A DNA stretch of 64,000 nucleotides from Polyangiales bacterium (GCA_964202905.1 CAXNJO010000002.1:320001-384000), one strand, 5' to 3'. Numbered from the stretch's first letter, positions 1 through 10,752 are shown. A program made the numbers and translations. Notes: a model not told the origin generated them from the sequence alone.

Positions 1-5
1 AACGG

Positions 6-386
6 ATGACGGCCTCCCGCACTGTCCTCGTCGCCGACGACGACATCGACATTCTCTCGCTGGTCACGCGGCACCTGCGCACGCTCGACGTGAATGTGCT
101 CGAGGCGTCCGACGGCGAGGAGGCGCTACGCATCGCGCGGCGCGCGCAGCCGGATCTCGTCATCCTCGACGTGATGATGCCCGGCATGAGCGGCTGGGAG
201 GTTTGTCGCGCGATCCGCGACGACGACGCCCTCTCGGACACCCTCGTGATGATGGTCACCGGCATCGGCGAGCGCCTCAACGAGATGACCTCACCGCTCT
301 ACGGCGCGAACGAGTTCATCGACAAGCCCTTCGACCTCGCGGACCTTGACGCCAAGGTTCGAAAGCTGCTCGCCAGCCTCGGCTGA
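6..386 (+). CDS. Single-domain response regulator (CheY-like receiver)
   Basis: VLVADDD, DLVILDVMMPGMSG phosphoacceptor motif and FIDKPF; no output domain. Confidence 0.92.
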   Translation: MTASRTVLVADDDIDILSLVTRHLRTLDVNVLEASDGEEALRIARRAQPDLVILDVMMPGMSGWEVCRAIRDDDALSDTLVMMVTGIGERLNEMTSPLYGANEFIDKPFDLADLDAKVRKLLASLG

Positions 387-528
387 GCGGGACCCCCGCG
401 GCGCCCACCGGCCCCGTGCGTGGCGTGGCGTGGTGCGGCTCCGGCGCCCAGCGCTCCACCGCGGGCGTCGTGGCCCTGGGGCCGCACAACCCTGTCCGAC
501 GCCGGTCCGCCGTGGGCGAGACCCCGCG

Positions 529-2631
529 CTATTCGTCTTCGTCGACGATGACGGGAGCCCGGCGCGGCGACGCGGAGGTCGGGGTTGCGGCCGGTCCCGG
601 GGCGCGGTTGAGCGTCTGCATCCGCGTGTAGGCGCGCTGGTAGGTCGGGCTCGACTGGGGCACGAGGGCGAGCACGTCGCGGTAGAGCCCCTGCGCCTGC
701 GTGCGGTTCGTGCGCTCGGCGGCCTGCGCCTGCGTGAGCATCTCACCTGCCTTCGTCTCGCAGCGCCGGACGAGGTCGCGCGCGCGGGAGTTGCGGGCGT
801 CGAGGTCGGTCACCTGCCGGACCTTCAAGCAGGCCTCGGGGATGCGGCCGCGCGCCCACGCGTCGTTCGCGCCGCCAACGAGCGCGTCCACGAGGCGGGG
901 CCTGAGCGCGCGGGCGTACGCTTGGCCGCCGCTGATCTGCTCGTCGAGCGAGATCGCGCTCTGCACCTGCCGGAGCACGCTGCCAAGGTTCGAGCCCGCG
1001 CTACGTACACGCCCGTAATCACGGGCGAATCGATCGATCTGGTCGGCCAGCGAGGTGAAACGCCGCGCGTCGGCGCCCGTCGCGGTTCGCGCACCATCCC
1101 GGGCGAGGCGCGCAGCGCCGGCGAAGTCGCCCGAGCGGTACGCGGCGAGCGCGCGGTCCGTGCCGCCCGTACTGCGCGAGGCGGGCGCGGGGGCTGCGCG
1201 GCTCGGCGGCGCGGCGCGGGCGCGGCGCGGCAGCCGCGCGGGGGCCGATGCGCGCGGCGCGCGCGCGGGGCGCGGGGCCGCGGCGGGCACAGGAACGACA
1301 GCGGCCACGGCCGGCGCCGCGACGACCGCCGGCGCCGCGACGACGGCAGGCGGCGGTGGGACGAGGGCCACGGTCGCCGACGCTGTTGCGCCCGCCGCGA
1401 GGCCCAACTCGACGCGGGCCTGCACGACGACGGCGCTCGCCGGCGCGAAACCGGTCGCCTCCATGAGGCGCGCAGCCGCCTCGTCGCGACGCCCGGCGGC
1501 CGCGGCCGCGCGCGCCTCGCCGACGAGGGTCACGGCGACCCGCTCGCCCGCTGCCGCACGGAGGCTCGCGACGTCCGCGGCGAGCGGGCTGGCGGGCGGC
1601 ACCGACGCGAGCTGGCCAAGCGCGGTGCGCGCGTCGCCGGCCGCGTACGAAGCGCGCGCCGCCGTGAGCTGCTGGTCGTGGGCGCGCGCCTCCTGGATGC
1701 GCTGCACGTATGTCGCAGCGCGGGCGTCGGCGGGCTGCGCAGCGAGGATCGTGCGGAAGGCAACGTCGGCCTCGTCCCAGCGGCGCGCGGCGTACGCGTC
1801 GGCGCCCCGGGCGTAGAGCGCGGGGTCGAGCGGCGCGGCCCCGGGCGCTTCGGGGTCCATCATCACGACCGCGAGCGCGGCGCCGGCGCCGACCAACACG
1901 AGGGCGCCGAACACCCCGAGGAACACGAGCGCCCCTCGCCCGACGCCCCGGGGCGCGGGGCGCGCGACGGCCGTCGGCGTGGGCGCGTAGCCCGGGCCCG
2001 GTGTCGGCTGCGCGCCGGGAGCACCGGCGGGCGGCTCAGCCGGCTGCGGCCACGCAGGGAGCAGAGGCGCACCGGGCCTCGTGGGCGCGGAGGGTGCGGC
2101 GGATCGCGCCGGAGGCGGGGCGAAGGCACCGCCGGCGGCAGGGCGTCCCGGGAGACCGTCCGACTCACCGGGACGCAGCGCGGCGCGCGGCGCAGGCGCG
2201 ACCGGACGCGCGTCCGCACCGCCCGGGAGCCGCACGACGAGGACCGTCTCGCCGAGCTCGATGCGATCGCCGTGCGCGAGCGGTGAGTCGTGCACCCGCG
2301 CGCCGTTCAGCAAGGTGCCGTTGCCGCTGCCGAGGTCGCGCAGGCGGAGCTGGCCGGCCGCATCCCGCAGCACCTTGAGATGCTTCCGAGAGACGGAGAT
2401 GTCGGTGAGGATGACCTCGTTGTCGATGGAGCGGCCGATGCCGTTTTCCCCAACGATCACGACGTATTCCTTGCCCGTGTCCTTGCCCGACTCGCAGAAG
2501 AGCGTCGGCTTCGGCGGCTCCTCTTCGAGACGGCTCGTCGGCTGCTCGGCAAGCATCGCCGCGGGCTCGAGGCGCGTGACCTCCCCGGGGATCTCGTCGT
2601 CCTCGAACCGCTCGAACGCGTCTCCGGCCAC
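529..2631 (-). CDS. FHA-domain membrane protein with Pro/Ala linker, one TM helix and C-terminal TPR-like helical region
   Basis: FHA signature GRS...SVSRKH...DLGSGNGTLLNG; hydrophobic LVFLGVFGALVLVGAGAALAVVMM; Ala-rich TPR-like repeats. Confidence 0.8.
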   Translation of the reverse strand: MAGDAFERFEDDEIPGEVTRLEPAAMLAEQPTSRLEEEPPKPTLFCESGKDTGKEYVVIVGENGIGRSIDNEVILTDISVSRKHLKVLRDAAGQLRLRDLGSGNGTLLNGARVHDSPLAHGDRIELGETVLVVRLPGGADARPVAPAPRAALRPGESDGLPGRPAAGGAFAPPPARSAAPSAPTRPGAPLLPAWPQPAEPPAGAPGAQPTPGPGYAPTPTAVARPAPRGVGRGALVFLGVFGALVLVGAGAALAVVMMDPEAPGAAPLDPALYARGADAYAARRWDEADVAFRTILAAQPADARAATYVQRIQEARAHDQQLTAARASYAAGDARTALGQLASVPPASPLAADVASLRAAAGERVAVTLVGEARAAAAAGRRDEAAARLMEATGFAPASAVVVQARVELGLAAGATASATVALVPPPPAVVAAPAVVAAPAVAAVVPVPAAAPRPARAPRASAPARLPRRARAAPPSRAAPAPASRSTGGTDRALAAYRSGDFAGAARLARDGARTATGADARRFTSLADQIDRFARDYGRVRSAGSNLGSVLRQVQSAISLDEQISGGQAYARALRPRLVDALVGGANDAWARGRIPEACLKVRQVTDLDARNSRARDLVRRCETKAGEMLTQAQAAERTNRTQAQGLYRDVLALVPQSSPTYQRAYTRMQTLNRAPGPAATPTSASPRRAPVIVDEDE

Positions 2632-2795
2632 TGCGGCGCCTCGTTGCTAAATGCCTGCCGACCCCTGCGGTGAGTCGACGCGGCAGCCTAGCGGAGCCTT
2701 GGGTGCGTCACAAGGAAACTCGTGGTTTCACGGGGTCTTGCGCCGCGCTGCACGCTTGATGTGGCGACACCTGCGTGCTAGCAGCGAGGTCGCCC

Positions 2796-3942
2796 ATGAC
2801 CCCCTCCGCCCCCTCCCGGTCCGCGGGCGCCCGCGCGCGTCGGCTCCGCACCTCTCTCCCGCTCGCCCTGCTCTGTTCGGCGCTCGTGTCGTTTGGCGCG
2901 GCCCTCGGCGCGTCGGCGGGCTGCTCGGGGTCGAAGGCCGCGCCAGACGCGGGGGCGACGGCCGCCACGGGCGCCGGCGAGCGCGTGCACGGCCTCACGA
3001 AGGCGCAGCAGGCCGAGACGCTCGTGAAGATCGGCGACGAGACGATCACCGTGGGCGAGTTCGCCGCACGGCTCTCCGAGCAGTCGCCGTACCTGCGGGC
3101 GCGCTACAGCAGCCCCGAGCGGCGCCGCGAGTTCCTCGACAACATGGTGCGCTTCGAATTGCTCGCGCAGGAGGCCCACACGAAGGGCTACGACCGCAGC
3201 GACGACGTCGAGCGGACGCGCAAGCAGATGATGATCCAGGCCATGATGAAGGCCGAGTTCGAGGACCGCGTCCAGCTCACCGACATCACGGACGCCGAGG
3301 TCCAGACGTACTTCGCGGGCCACCGCGACGAGTTCGACAAGCCCGAGCAGGTCCGCGCGAGCCACATCGTCCTCCGCGACCGCGCCGCCGCGCAGCGCGT
3401 GCTGACGCAGGTCCTCGCGAAGCGCGCCGACATCGCGTTCTGGCGCCAGACCGCCGAGCGCTACAACGAGGACACGGAGACCAAAGATCGGTTCGGCGAT
3501 CTGCGCTTCTTCTCGCGCCCCGCGCAGCGCCGCGAGGACGAGCCCATCGTGCCCGCGCCGGTCGCCGAGGCGGCCTTCGCGCTCGCGCAGGTCGGCGACG
3601 TCCACCCGACGCTCATCCAGTCGCCCGCGGGTTTCCACATCCTCAAGCTCACGGGCAAGCGGGCCGCGCTCCACCGCACCCTCGAGGAGGCGAGCCGCCC
3701 CATCCGCAACCGCCTCTGGCGCGAGCGCCGCGAGCAGCGCGTGACGGACTTCATCGCCGGCCTGCGGCGCGCGGCGAACGTCACCGTGGACGAGGCCGCG
3801 CTCGCCACGCTCCGCGTCGACATCCCGGAGGGCGACGTCCCGGAGCTCGCGGCTCGAGGCCAAGCGCGCCCGCACCGGCCGCCCGGGGGCAGCGCCGGCG
3901 CAGACCCCGGCGGCCCCGGCGCCCGCGCAGCCGCGTCGATGA
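2796..3942 (+). CDS. PpiC/parvulin-type peptidyl-prolyl isomerase (lipoprotein foldase); apparent frameshift near 3850
   Basis: Lipobox-like SAGC; PEQVRASHIV, GDLRFF and GFHILKL rotamase motifs; the +1 frame after ~3850 reads LEAKRARTG...QPRR and ends at TGA 3940-3942, overlapping the next ATG. Confidence 0.75.
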
Positions 3943-4916
3943 AGCGCCCCGCCCTCCGCGCGCTCGCGCTCGCCGCGGCGCTCGCGACGTCCGCGCCGCT
4001 CGGCGCGCCGCGTGTGCGGGCCGACGTCGTTGAGCGCGTGGTCGCGATCGTCGACGACGATGCCATCTTCCTCTCGGAGTTGCGCCGCCGCGCCGTCCCC
4101 TTTCTCGCGCAGCTCGAGCGCGTCCCGCCGTTGCAGCGCGAGGCCGCCGTCACGCAGCTCTACGGCGAGCTGCTCGACCACCTGATCGACGAGGCGCTCA
4201 TCCTGCAAGCGGCGCGCAAAGAGCAGATCCGCGTCACCGCCGACGACGTCGAGCGCGCCATCTCGAACGTGCGGCGGCAGAGCGAGCTCTCCGACCGCGA
4301 GTTCTGGCAGGCGGTCGCCGGCCAGGGCTTCACCGAGGCCCAGTACCGCGACGACGTGCGCCGCCAGCTCCTGCGCCTGAAGCTCCTCAACGTGCGCGCC
4401 CGCGGCCGCGTGAACATCACCGAGGCGGACGTCCGCACCCGCTACGATCAGCTCGTCCGCGAGGCGAACGCGCAGCAGGGCTTCGAGGCCGCGGAGATCC
4501 TCGTCCCCGTGCCGCCGGGTGCGAGCGCCACGCAGATCGCCGCCGCACGCGCCGAGGCCGCGCGGATCGCCGGATCGCTCGACGAGGACACGTTCGAGGA
4601 CGCGATGGCGGAGTACGGTGGGACCGACCTCGGGCGCCTCGTGCAGGGGCAGCTCGACCCGCGCCTCGAGCGCGCGCTGCTCGCGATGGCGCCCGGCGAG
4701 GTGTCCGAGCCCGTGCAGAACGAGGCCGGGTTCCACATCCTCTTCCTCCGTTCGCGCGTGTCGGGCGCGCAGCAGATCCCGCCCTACGAGCAGGCGCGCG
4801 AGCCGCTCTACCGCCGCATGATGGAAGAGCAGATGGGCCGGCAGGAGCAGCTCTACCTGCGCGAGCTGCGCCGGGCCGCGGCCATCACGCGGCGCGTCGG
4901 TCCGAGCGCGGGCTGA
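3939..4916 (+). CDS. surA: SurA-like periplasmic chaperone/PPIase
   Basis: Own signal peptide MKRPALRALALAAALA then VVERVVAIVDDDAIFLSEL (SurA N-terminus); GEVSEPVQNEAGFHILFL rotamase motif. Confidence 0.8.
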   Translation: MKRPALRALALAAALATSAPLGAPRVRADVVERVVAIVDDDAIFLSELRRRAVPFLAQLERVPPLQREAAVTQLYGELLDHLIDEALILQAARKEQIRVTADDVERAISNVRRQSELSDREFWQAVAGQGFTEAQYRDDVRRQLLRLKLLNVRARGRVNITEADVRTRYDQLVREANAQQGFEAAEILVPVPPGASATQIAAARAEAARIAGSLDEDTFEDAMAEYGGTDLGRLVQGQLDPRLERALLAMAPGEVSEPVQNEAGFHILFLRSRVSGAQQIPPYEQAREPLYRRMMEEQMGRQEQLYLRELRRAAAITRRVGPSAG

Positions 4917-4925
4917 GGCCCCCCG

Positions 4926-5023
4926 CTCGGCGGGCCGCAGTCGGCGGGCCGCAGTCGATGGGGCGCCGTCGACGGGTTGCAGTCGACGGGTTGCAGTCGA
5001 CGGGTTGCAGTCGACGGGCCGTG
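4926..5023. repeat. Degenerate 14-bp tandem repeat, about 7 units (consensus GTCGACGGGTTGCA)
   Basis: Three exact GTCGACGGGTTGCA units at 4968-5009 flanked by diverged units, between convergent genes. Confidence 0.85.
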
Positions 5024-5026
5024 CGC

Positions 5027-5773
5027 TCACGACATCGCGACGCCGAGGAGCTGCTGCAGAACGACCGCGAGCGCGTGGACCTGGTGGGTGTCCGCGAGGC
5101 GCACGCGGAAGATGCCGAGCGCGGCCGATCCCGCCTCGCCGCTGCGGATCTCGAGCAACCCGCGCGTGATGCGGACGGTGCGGATCTCGGACGCATCGAG
5201 GCGCGCGCGGCGCCCCCCCGCCTCGAGCTCGAGAAAGCCCGGCCCGACCTCGACGACCTCGCGCGGACCGAGGACGAAGCGCACGCGGCCACGCGCCGTG
5301 AGCTCGGCGTCGTAGCGCGCGACGACGTGCTCGCTGTAGGCCCGCTCCGCAGCGTCGCCGAACGTGGCGACGACGCTCGTTCCGTCGGGATCGGCGGGCG
5401 CGTCGATGACGAAGCGATCGCGCCCTTGCACGTCGCAGAAGACGTGGCGGACGGCGCCCGTGCCGTGTGTCCACCCCGTCGGCCGTGCGCCGCGCGTGAC
5501 GCGGAGCTCTCCGACGTCCGAAAAGCGCACGACCTCGTCGACGACCGCGCCCCCGCGCAGCGTATGCCGCGACACGCCCCCGGCGCCCACATACGAGTTC
5601 GTGTGTTGCAGCGACGAGACCCAGCGCGAGCCGAGCCGCGCGAGGCCGTCGGGGAGCGGCCCGCGCAGGCTGCTCGCGCGCGAGCGGAGCGCGCCGAGCG
5701 CGTCGGGCGGCGCCGCGAAGAAGCGCGCCTCCGGATCGACGGGTGTGCCGTCGTGGTGCGGGACGGCGTCCAT
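5027..5773 (-). CDS. Hypothetical protein
   Basis: Plausible composition; ATG 4 bp after the stop of the upstream ABC1 kinase. Confidence 0.6.
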   Translation of the reverse strand: MDAVPHHDGTPVDPEARFFAAPPDALGALRSRASSLRGPLPDGLARLGSRWVSSLQHTNSYVGAGGVSRHTLRGGAVVDEVVRFSDVGELRVTRGARPTGWTHGTGAVRHVFCDVQGRDRFVIDAPADPDGTSVVATFGDAAERAYSEHVVARYDAELTARGRVRFVLGPREVVEVGPGFLELEAGGRRARLDASEIRTVRITRGLLEIRSGEAGSAALGIFRVRLADTHQVHALAVVLQQLLGVAMS

Positions 5774-5776
5774 CGC

Positions 5777-7144
5777 TCAGTCGTAGGGCGTGAACGGGAC
5801 GGCGCGCCCGCGCCAGCCCTGCGCCGTGTAGCCGCGCACGAGCGCGCGGAACGGCAGACGCGCCCGCGCACGCGAGTAGTACTCGTAGTGCCCGAGCACG
5901 ACGCGCGTCAGGAAGAGGAAGTCGCGGTGTTGCGGCGGCAGACGGCGCCGGGCGACGAAGTGGCGCGCGAGCGCGCGCGCGCCATCCACGTAGCGGTAGC
6001 CGCCGAAGTCGAACTCTTCCTCGTCGAGGCCGACCGCGAAGTAGCCCGAGAGCCGCTCGAGGTCGTCGACCTGCGCGTCGTCGGCGGCGTCGTCGACGAG
6101 CCCGAGGTGCGCGAGCGCGACGCGCACGCCGTCGCGGTCGCCGTCTTCGCGCGCGCGGTGAAGCGCCGAGAAGCCCCGCATGAAGGCCTCGTCGAAGATC
6201 TTCACGCAGCCGTGGTCGAGCAGGCCGATGCGTCCGTCCTCGAGCACGCGGAAGTTGCCGGGGTGCGGGTCCGCGTGGAGCACGCCCTGTTGGTAGAACT
6301 GGCGCCAGAACAGGTGCAGCAGGCCCCCGGCCACCGCGCGGCGCCGCGCCTCGTCGCCGTCGTCGAGCGCCTCCTCGAGCGCTGCGCCGCCGACCCAGTC
6401 GTACGTGATCACGCGCAGGCCCGAGAAGGCGTCGTGCACGCGCGGCACGAGCACGCGCGGGTCGCCTTCGAAGAGTTTGCGGAGCAGCTTCGCGTTCCAC
6501 GCCTCGCGGCAGTAGTCCGTCTCCTGCCGCAGGTGCGCGACGAGCTCCTCGGCCATCGGCGTCACGTCGAAGCCCTGCTGCCGCGCGAGGTCCGCGAGGA
6601 GCGTCTTCACGGCGCCCGCCGCGAGCGCGATGTTCTGCGCGTCGGCCTCGACGCTCGCCGCGGCGCCCGGGTACTGCACCTTCACGGCGACCTCGCCGCC
6701 GCCGTGCTCCGGACGCAGGCGCGCGCGGTGGACCTGACCGAGGGAGGCGGCAGCGACGGCGGTCTCGGAGAAGTCGGCGAAGAGACGCTCGGGGGGCGCG
6801 CCGAGCTCGGCCTCGAGCACGCCGCGGATCGCCGCGAAGGGCAGCGCCGGCACCGATTGTTGCAGCGGCGCGAGCAGCGCGGCGTACTCGGGCGGGAGCG
6901 CCTGCGCGTGCGTCGAGAGGAGTTGGCCGAGCTTCATCATCGGGCCGCGCAGCTCACGCAGCGTCGCGGCGACGCGCGCCGCGTTGTCGGCATGCCGCGC
7001 GTCGCGCGCGTCCCCCCGCGCCGTCGCGCTCCGCAGCGCGTCGGCCACGCGCCCGCCCGCGTAGCTCGCGCCGAGGCGCCCGGTGAGCCAGGTGGTCTTC
7101 AGCGTCCGCGCGAGGCGTCCGGGTAAGCGCTCGTCGGCCGGCAT
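5777..7144 (-). CDS. ABC1/UbiB (AarF) family atypical kinase
   Basis: [36 protein letters not shown] and LLDHG motifs; start moved to ATG 7144. Confidence 0.9.
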   Translation of the reverse strand: MPADERLPGRLARTLKTTWLTGRLGASYAGGRVADALRSATARGDARDARHADNAARVAATLRELRGPMMKLGQLLSTHAQALPPEYAALLAPLQQSVPALPFAAIRGVLEAELGAPPERLFADFSETAVAAASLGQVHRARLRPEHGGGEVAVKVQYPGAAASVEADAQNIALAAGAVKTLLADLARQQGFDVTPMAEELVAHLRQETDYCREAWNAKLLRKLFEGDPRVLVPRVHDAFSGLRVITYDWVGGAALEEALDDGDEARRRAVAGGLLHLFWRQFYQQGVLHADPHPGNFRVLEDGRIGLLDHGCVKIFDEAFMRGFSALHRAREDGDRDGVRVALAHLGLVDDAADDAQVDDLERLSGYFAVGLDEEEFDFGGYRYVDGARALARHFVARRRLPPQHRDFLFLTRVVLGHYEYYSRARARLPFRALVRGYTAQGWRGRAVPFTPYD

Positions 7145-7259
7145 CGAGGAGCGCCAGCGTAGCAGGCGCGTCGATCGTCGCGCGCGCCCGGGCGACACGC
7201 GGTTTTCGCTTGCGTGTCGGGTTGTCCGGCGCATGGATCGTCCCCCCGGAGGCGACCCG

Positions 7260-8498
7260 ATGAACGACCAGCACCGCAGCGACGACGACGAGAAGAGCTC
7301 CTTCCTCAGCGGCCACCGGATCGCCCCTGCGGGCGTCACGCCCGGCATGACGGTCGCCGACCTCATCGATCACGCGTTCCTCGCCTACAACGGCGCCCGC
7401 CTGCGCGAGGCCGCGCGCCTCCTCGCGACGCGCGTGCTCCAGCCCGAGGTGACCGTCGGCATGACGCTCACCGGCGCGCTCACGCCCGCCGGGCTCGGCC
7501 GCTCCTGCATCATCCCGCTCATCGAAGCGGGCTTCGTCGACTGGTTCGTGTCGACGGGCGCAAACCTCTACCACGACACGCACTTCGCGCTCGATCTCGC
7601 GCTGCACCAGGGCTCGGCGACGATCCCCGACGCGACGCTGCGGGACGAGGGCGTCGTGCGCATCTACGACATCCTCTTCGACTACTCGGTGCTGCTCGAC
7701 ACCGACGCCTTCTACCGCGAGCTGATGCGCGCCGAGGACTTCCAGCGCCCGCTCTCGACCGCGCGCTTCCACCACCTCGTCGGCCGCGCGCTGCACGAGC
7801 GCGAGCAGGCGCTCGGCCTCGGCACGGTGTCGATCCTCAGCGCCGCGTACCAGCACGGCGTGCCCATCTACACGTCATCGCCCGGCGACTCGTCGATCGG
7901 CATGAACGTCGCGGCCCTCGCGCTCGAAGGCGGCAAGCTCACCTTCGACGTGAACGCAGACGTCAACGAGACGGCCGCGATCGTCCTCGACGCGAAGCTG
8001 AACGGCGGCGCGAGCGCGGTCTGGATCATGGGCGGCGGCAGCCCGAAGAACTTCATCCTGCAGACGGAGCCGCAGATCCAGGAAGTGCTCGGCATCGACG
8101 AGCGCGGCCACGACTACTTCCTGCAGGTGACGGATGCGCGCCCCGACACGGGCGGGCTCTCGGGCGCGACGCCGGGCGAAGCGGTGAGCTGGGGCAAGAT
8201 CGATCCGGACCGCCTGCCCGACGCGGTCGTCGCCTACGTCGACAGCACCGTCGCGCTGCCGCTGCTCACGGCGTACACGCTCACGCGCGTCGCGCCACGC
8301 CCGCACAAGCGCCTCTTCGATCGCCTCGACGCCATCCTCGGACAGTTGCGCGACGAGTACGCGCGCCGCGGGCGGCTGAGCGGCGCGCCGACGACCGCGC
8401 GCGACATCGCGAAGCGCGGCAGCAGCGTGGGGCTCCCGCCGCGCGAGCCGGCCGCGGGCGGCGACACCTTCCCCTGCGGCACGCCGAAGAAGCCCTGA
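7260..8498 (+). CDS. Deoxyhypusine synthase-like protein (SpeY-type homospermidine synthase candidate)
   Basis: [26 protein letters not shown] and [18 protein letters not shown] motifs; GGAGG RBS upstream of ATG 7260. Confidence 0.88.
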   Translation: MNDQHRSDDDEKSSFLSGHRIAPAGVTPGMTVADLIDHAFLAYNGARLREAARLLATRVLQPEVTVGMTLTGALTPAGLGRSCIIPLIEAGFVDWFVSTGANLYHDTHFALDLALHQGSATIPDATLRDEGVVRIYDILFDYSVLLDTDAFYRELMRAEDFQRPLSTARFHHLVGRALHEREQALGLGTVSILSAAYQHGVPIYTSSPGDSSIGMNVAALALEGGKLTFDVNADVNETAAIVLDAKLNGGASAVWIMGGGSPKNFILQTEPQIQEVLGIDERGHDYFLQVTDARPDTGGLSGATPGEAVSWGKIDPDRLPDAVVAYVDSTVALPLLTAYTLTRVAPRPHKRLFDRLDAILGQLRDEYARRGRLSGAPTTARDIAKRGSSVGLPPREPAAGGDTFPCGTPKKP

Positions 8499-8501
8499 CG
8501 C

Positions 8502-8526
8502 ACGGGGCGCGAGCGCCGCGCCCCGT
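8502..8526. terminator. GC-rich hairpin between convergent genes
   Basis: ACGGGGCGCG-AGCGC-CGCGCCCCGT, perfect 10-bp stem. Confidence 0.5.
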
Positions 8527-10752
8527 TCACGGACAGCGCGGCGCTGCCGGATCGACGAGCGAGAGTGCTGCCGTGCAGACCGGCACGGGAGCCCCATCGA
8601 CGGTGATGGTCAGCCCGGCGCGCCCGCTCGGATTCGAGACCGCGACGAGCGTGCGCCCTTCGCGATCGACGAAGCGCGACGCCACGATGCCGTCCGGAAT
8701 CGCGCTCAGGCCGATGCGATCGCGGTAGCGCGCGCCGCGCGCGAAGAAGCGGACACGCTCGCGCTCGGCGATGAGCGCGAGGAGCCGCGGATTCGGCACG
8801 CGACCGACGCCCGGGACGTCGACGTCGAGGTGCGAACCCGTGATGCGCGCGCCGAGCAGGAAGGCCTGCTGTTCGGCCCAATACCACTGCGCCGGATCGT
8901 CGGCCGCATCGAGGTCGCCGTCGCCGTCCGTGTCGTACGTGCCCGCGAAGGGGAAGTCGGAGTTGTAGCCGCCGAGGTGCAGGACGTGCTCGCGCAGCAG
9001 ATAGAAGGCGAGCCGCGGGAAGGCGACGAAGGGCGTCGGGCGCGTCGGCTCGAAGCGACTCGAGGAGAGGCCGAGCACGGGCAGGCCCGAGAGGCTCCCG
9101 TCGAGGAGCCCGGCAGCCGGATACACGTCGACGGCGCCTTCGATGAGCACGTCCTCCGGGATGCGCCCGCAGTAGGCGCCGAGCCCGCGCGCGCGCAGCG
9201 CATCGCAACTCCCGGTCGCCGCGAACAGCTCGCGGACGACATCGGGCGGGCCCCACGGCACCCGCGCCAGCGTGTCGATGTAGTGCACGGTCGCGCCCGC
9301 GCGCTCGTTCGCCTCGATCCAATCGAACAACCACGTGAGACCGGTCTCGCGATCGAGCTTGTACGCAGGGTCCGCGAGGTACTCCCACTGCGGCGAGGTG
9401 TAGTAGCCGACGCGCTGCCCCGCGGTGTCGAGCTCGCGCGCGAGCGCCGGCAGCGCCGTGTAGCGCGGCCCGAGCGGGATGCGCGGCAGGCAGCAATCGC
9501 CGCGATAGTCGGTCATCTGCCCCCAGAACAGCATCCACGGGAAGTCAGCGCGCCACGCAGCCGACAGCGCGCGGATCGCGTCGGGCTCGAAGGTCGCGAA
9601 GTTCTCGAGCTGAACGCCCACGAAGCCGTGGCTCGACGCGACGAGCGCCGACGGCGCAGGCAGCGGGCCGCGACGCCCATCGAGCCACGCGCGGTACGCG
9701 TCGACGGCAACCTGCCAGGGCTCCATGCCGATGGGGACGTCCCCCGCGGCGACCTGCACCTCGACGAAACGATACGTGCGGCGCTCGCCCGGAAGCGGGG
9801 TCGACTGCAGGCCGGGCGACCAGCCGTCGAGGTACGAGCCGCCGCCGATCGGCGTGCTCTCCGCGTCCTGGTAGGCGAGCGTCAGGCGACCGCCGCCGTA
9901 GCGCGGGCTCACGGCGATCGGGGGCCAGTTCGAGGCATGGACGAGCCGCGCTTCGGTGTCGTCGGCGAGCATCGTGAGCGGCGCGAAGGTTCCGCCGGGA
10001 TACGTCGCGGCGAAGGTGCGGTTCGGATCGTCGCGGTGCTCTGCGCGCTCGGCGATTCCGCCGATCCACGGGTAGTAGAAGACGTCGTCCGACGCATCAC
10101 CGAGCGGCCGCGGCGCGCGATCGTGCGGGAAGACGAGCAGGGGCGCGCGCGCGACGCCCGGCTTCACGTGGAGTGAGAGCGACCACTCGCCGTGACCGAG
10201 ATAGGCGACGCCCGCGCAGTGATCGGCGTCCTCGACGCAGAGGTCGGCGCACGGCGCGGAGCGCGTCGCCGCACACGCGCCCGGGTCGCCGGAGACGGTC
10301 GTCGTGCTTCCGTCGGGGCGCACGAGGTTGAGCAGATAGGCCGGGAACGCATCGGCCGTCGGCGACAGCTCACTGCAGTCGCGTGCGCAGGTCCCCGGCG
10401 TGCCCGCGTTCACGCCGTCGTCGCACGCCTCCGTCCCCTCGACCCGACCATCCCCGCACACCACGGGCGGCCCTGCATCGGAGCCCCCCGCATCGGGGCT
10501 CGACGCATCGCGTTCCCCCGCATCGACGACCTCGGCGTCCGGCGGGACGAACGCATCGCCACCGTCCTCGGAGAACGCGTCGGCCTCGCCGCCATCTGGA
10601 ACGGTCGAAGCGTCGCCCGCATCCATCGCCACGAACGCATCACGCCCGCCCGCATCGGAGAGCATCGACGCATCCGGACCGGGCGCCGCGTCACCACACG
10701 CCGCGAGCGCGAGAAAGACCGTTACGAGAACGTTTCCGGAGTTGGCCCTCAT
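8527..10752 (-). CDS. Secreted lipoprotein: DAG-rich linker, myxobacterial Cys-rich repeat, putative glycoside-hydrolase-like catalytic region
   Basis: LAAC lipobox; CGDGRVEGTEACDDG repeat; aromatic-rich C-terminal region (WMLFWGQM, GYYTSP, HYIDTLA); DTDGDGDLD Ca-binding-like loop. Confidence 0.65.
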   Translation of the reverse strand: MRANSGNVLVTVFLALAACGDAAPGPDASMLSDAGGRDAFVAMDAGDASTVPDGGEADAFSEDGGDAFVPPDAEVVDAGERDASSPDAGGSDAGPPVVCGDGRVEGTEACDDGVNAGTPGTCARDCSELSPTADAFPAYLLNLVRPDGSTTTVSGDPGACAATRSAPCADLCVEDADHCAGVAYLGHGEWSLSLHVKPGVARAPLLVFPHDRAPRPLGDASDDVFYYPWIGGIAERAEHRDDPNRTFAATYPGGTFAPLTMLADDTEARLVHASNWPPIAVSPRYGGGRLTLAYQDAESTPIGGGSYLDGWSPGLQSTPLPGERRTYRFVEVQVAAGDVPIGMEPWQVAVDAYRAWLDGRRGPLPAPSALVASSHGFVGVQLENFATFEPDAIRALSAAWRADFPWMLFWGQMTDYRGDCCLPRIPLGPRYTALPALARELDTAGQRVGYYTSPQWEYLADPAYKLDRETGLTWLFDWIEANERAGATVHYIDTLARVPWGPPDVVRELFAATGSCDALRARGLGAYCGRIPEDVLIEGAVDVYPAAGLLDGSLSGLPVLGLSSSRFEPTRPTPFVAFPRLAFYLLREHVLHLGGYNSDFPFAGTYDTDGDGDLDAADDPAQWYWAEQQAFLLGARITGSHLDVDVPGVGRVPNPRLLALIAERERVRFFARGARYRDRIGLSAIPDGIVASRFVDREGRTLVAVSNPSGRAGLTITVDGAPVPVCTAALSLVDPAAPRCP

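Noticed and set aside
2775..4916. 713-aa double-PPIase fusion protein
   Set aside because: An internal signal peptide starts at ATG 3939, and an alternative frame ends at an overlapping TGA (ATGA). Two genes joined by an indel is more likely.
4926..5023. Possible CRISPR array
   Set aside because: Units are 14 bp and contiguous, with no unique spacers and no cas genes nearby.
2778..6500. 1240-aa minus-strand ORF and the many similar long overlapping ORFs
   Set aside because: Shadow ORFs caused by stop-codon scarcity. They have no motifs and overlap well-supported genes.
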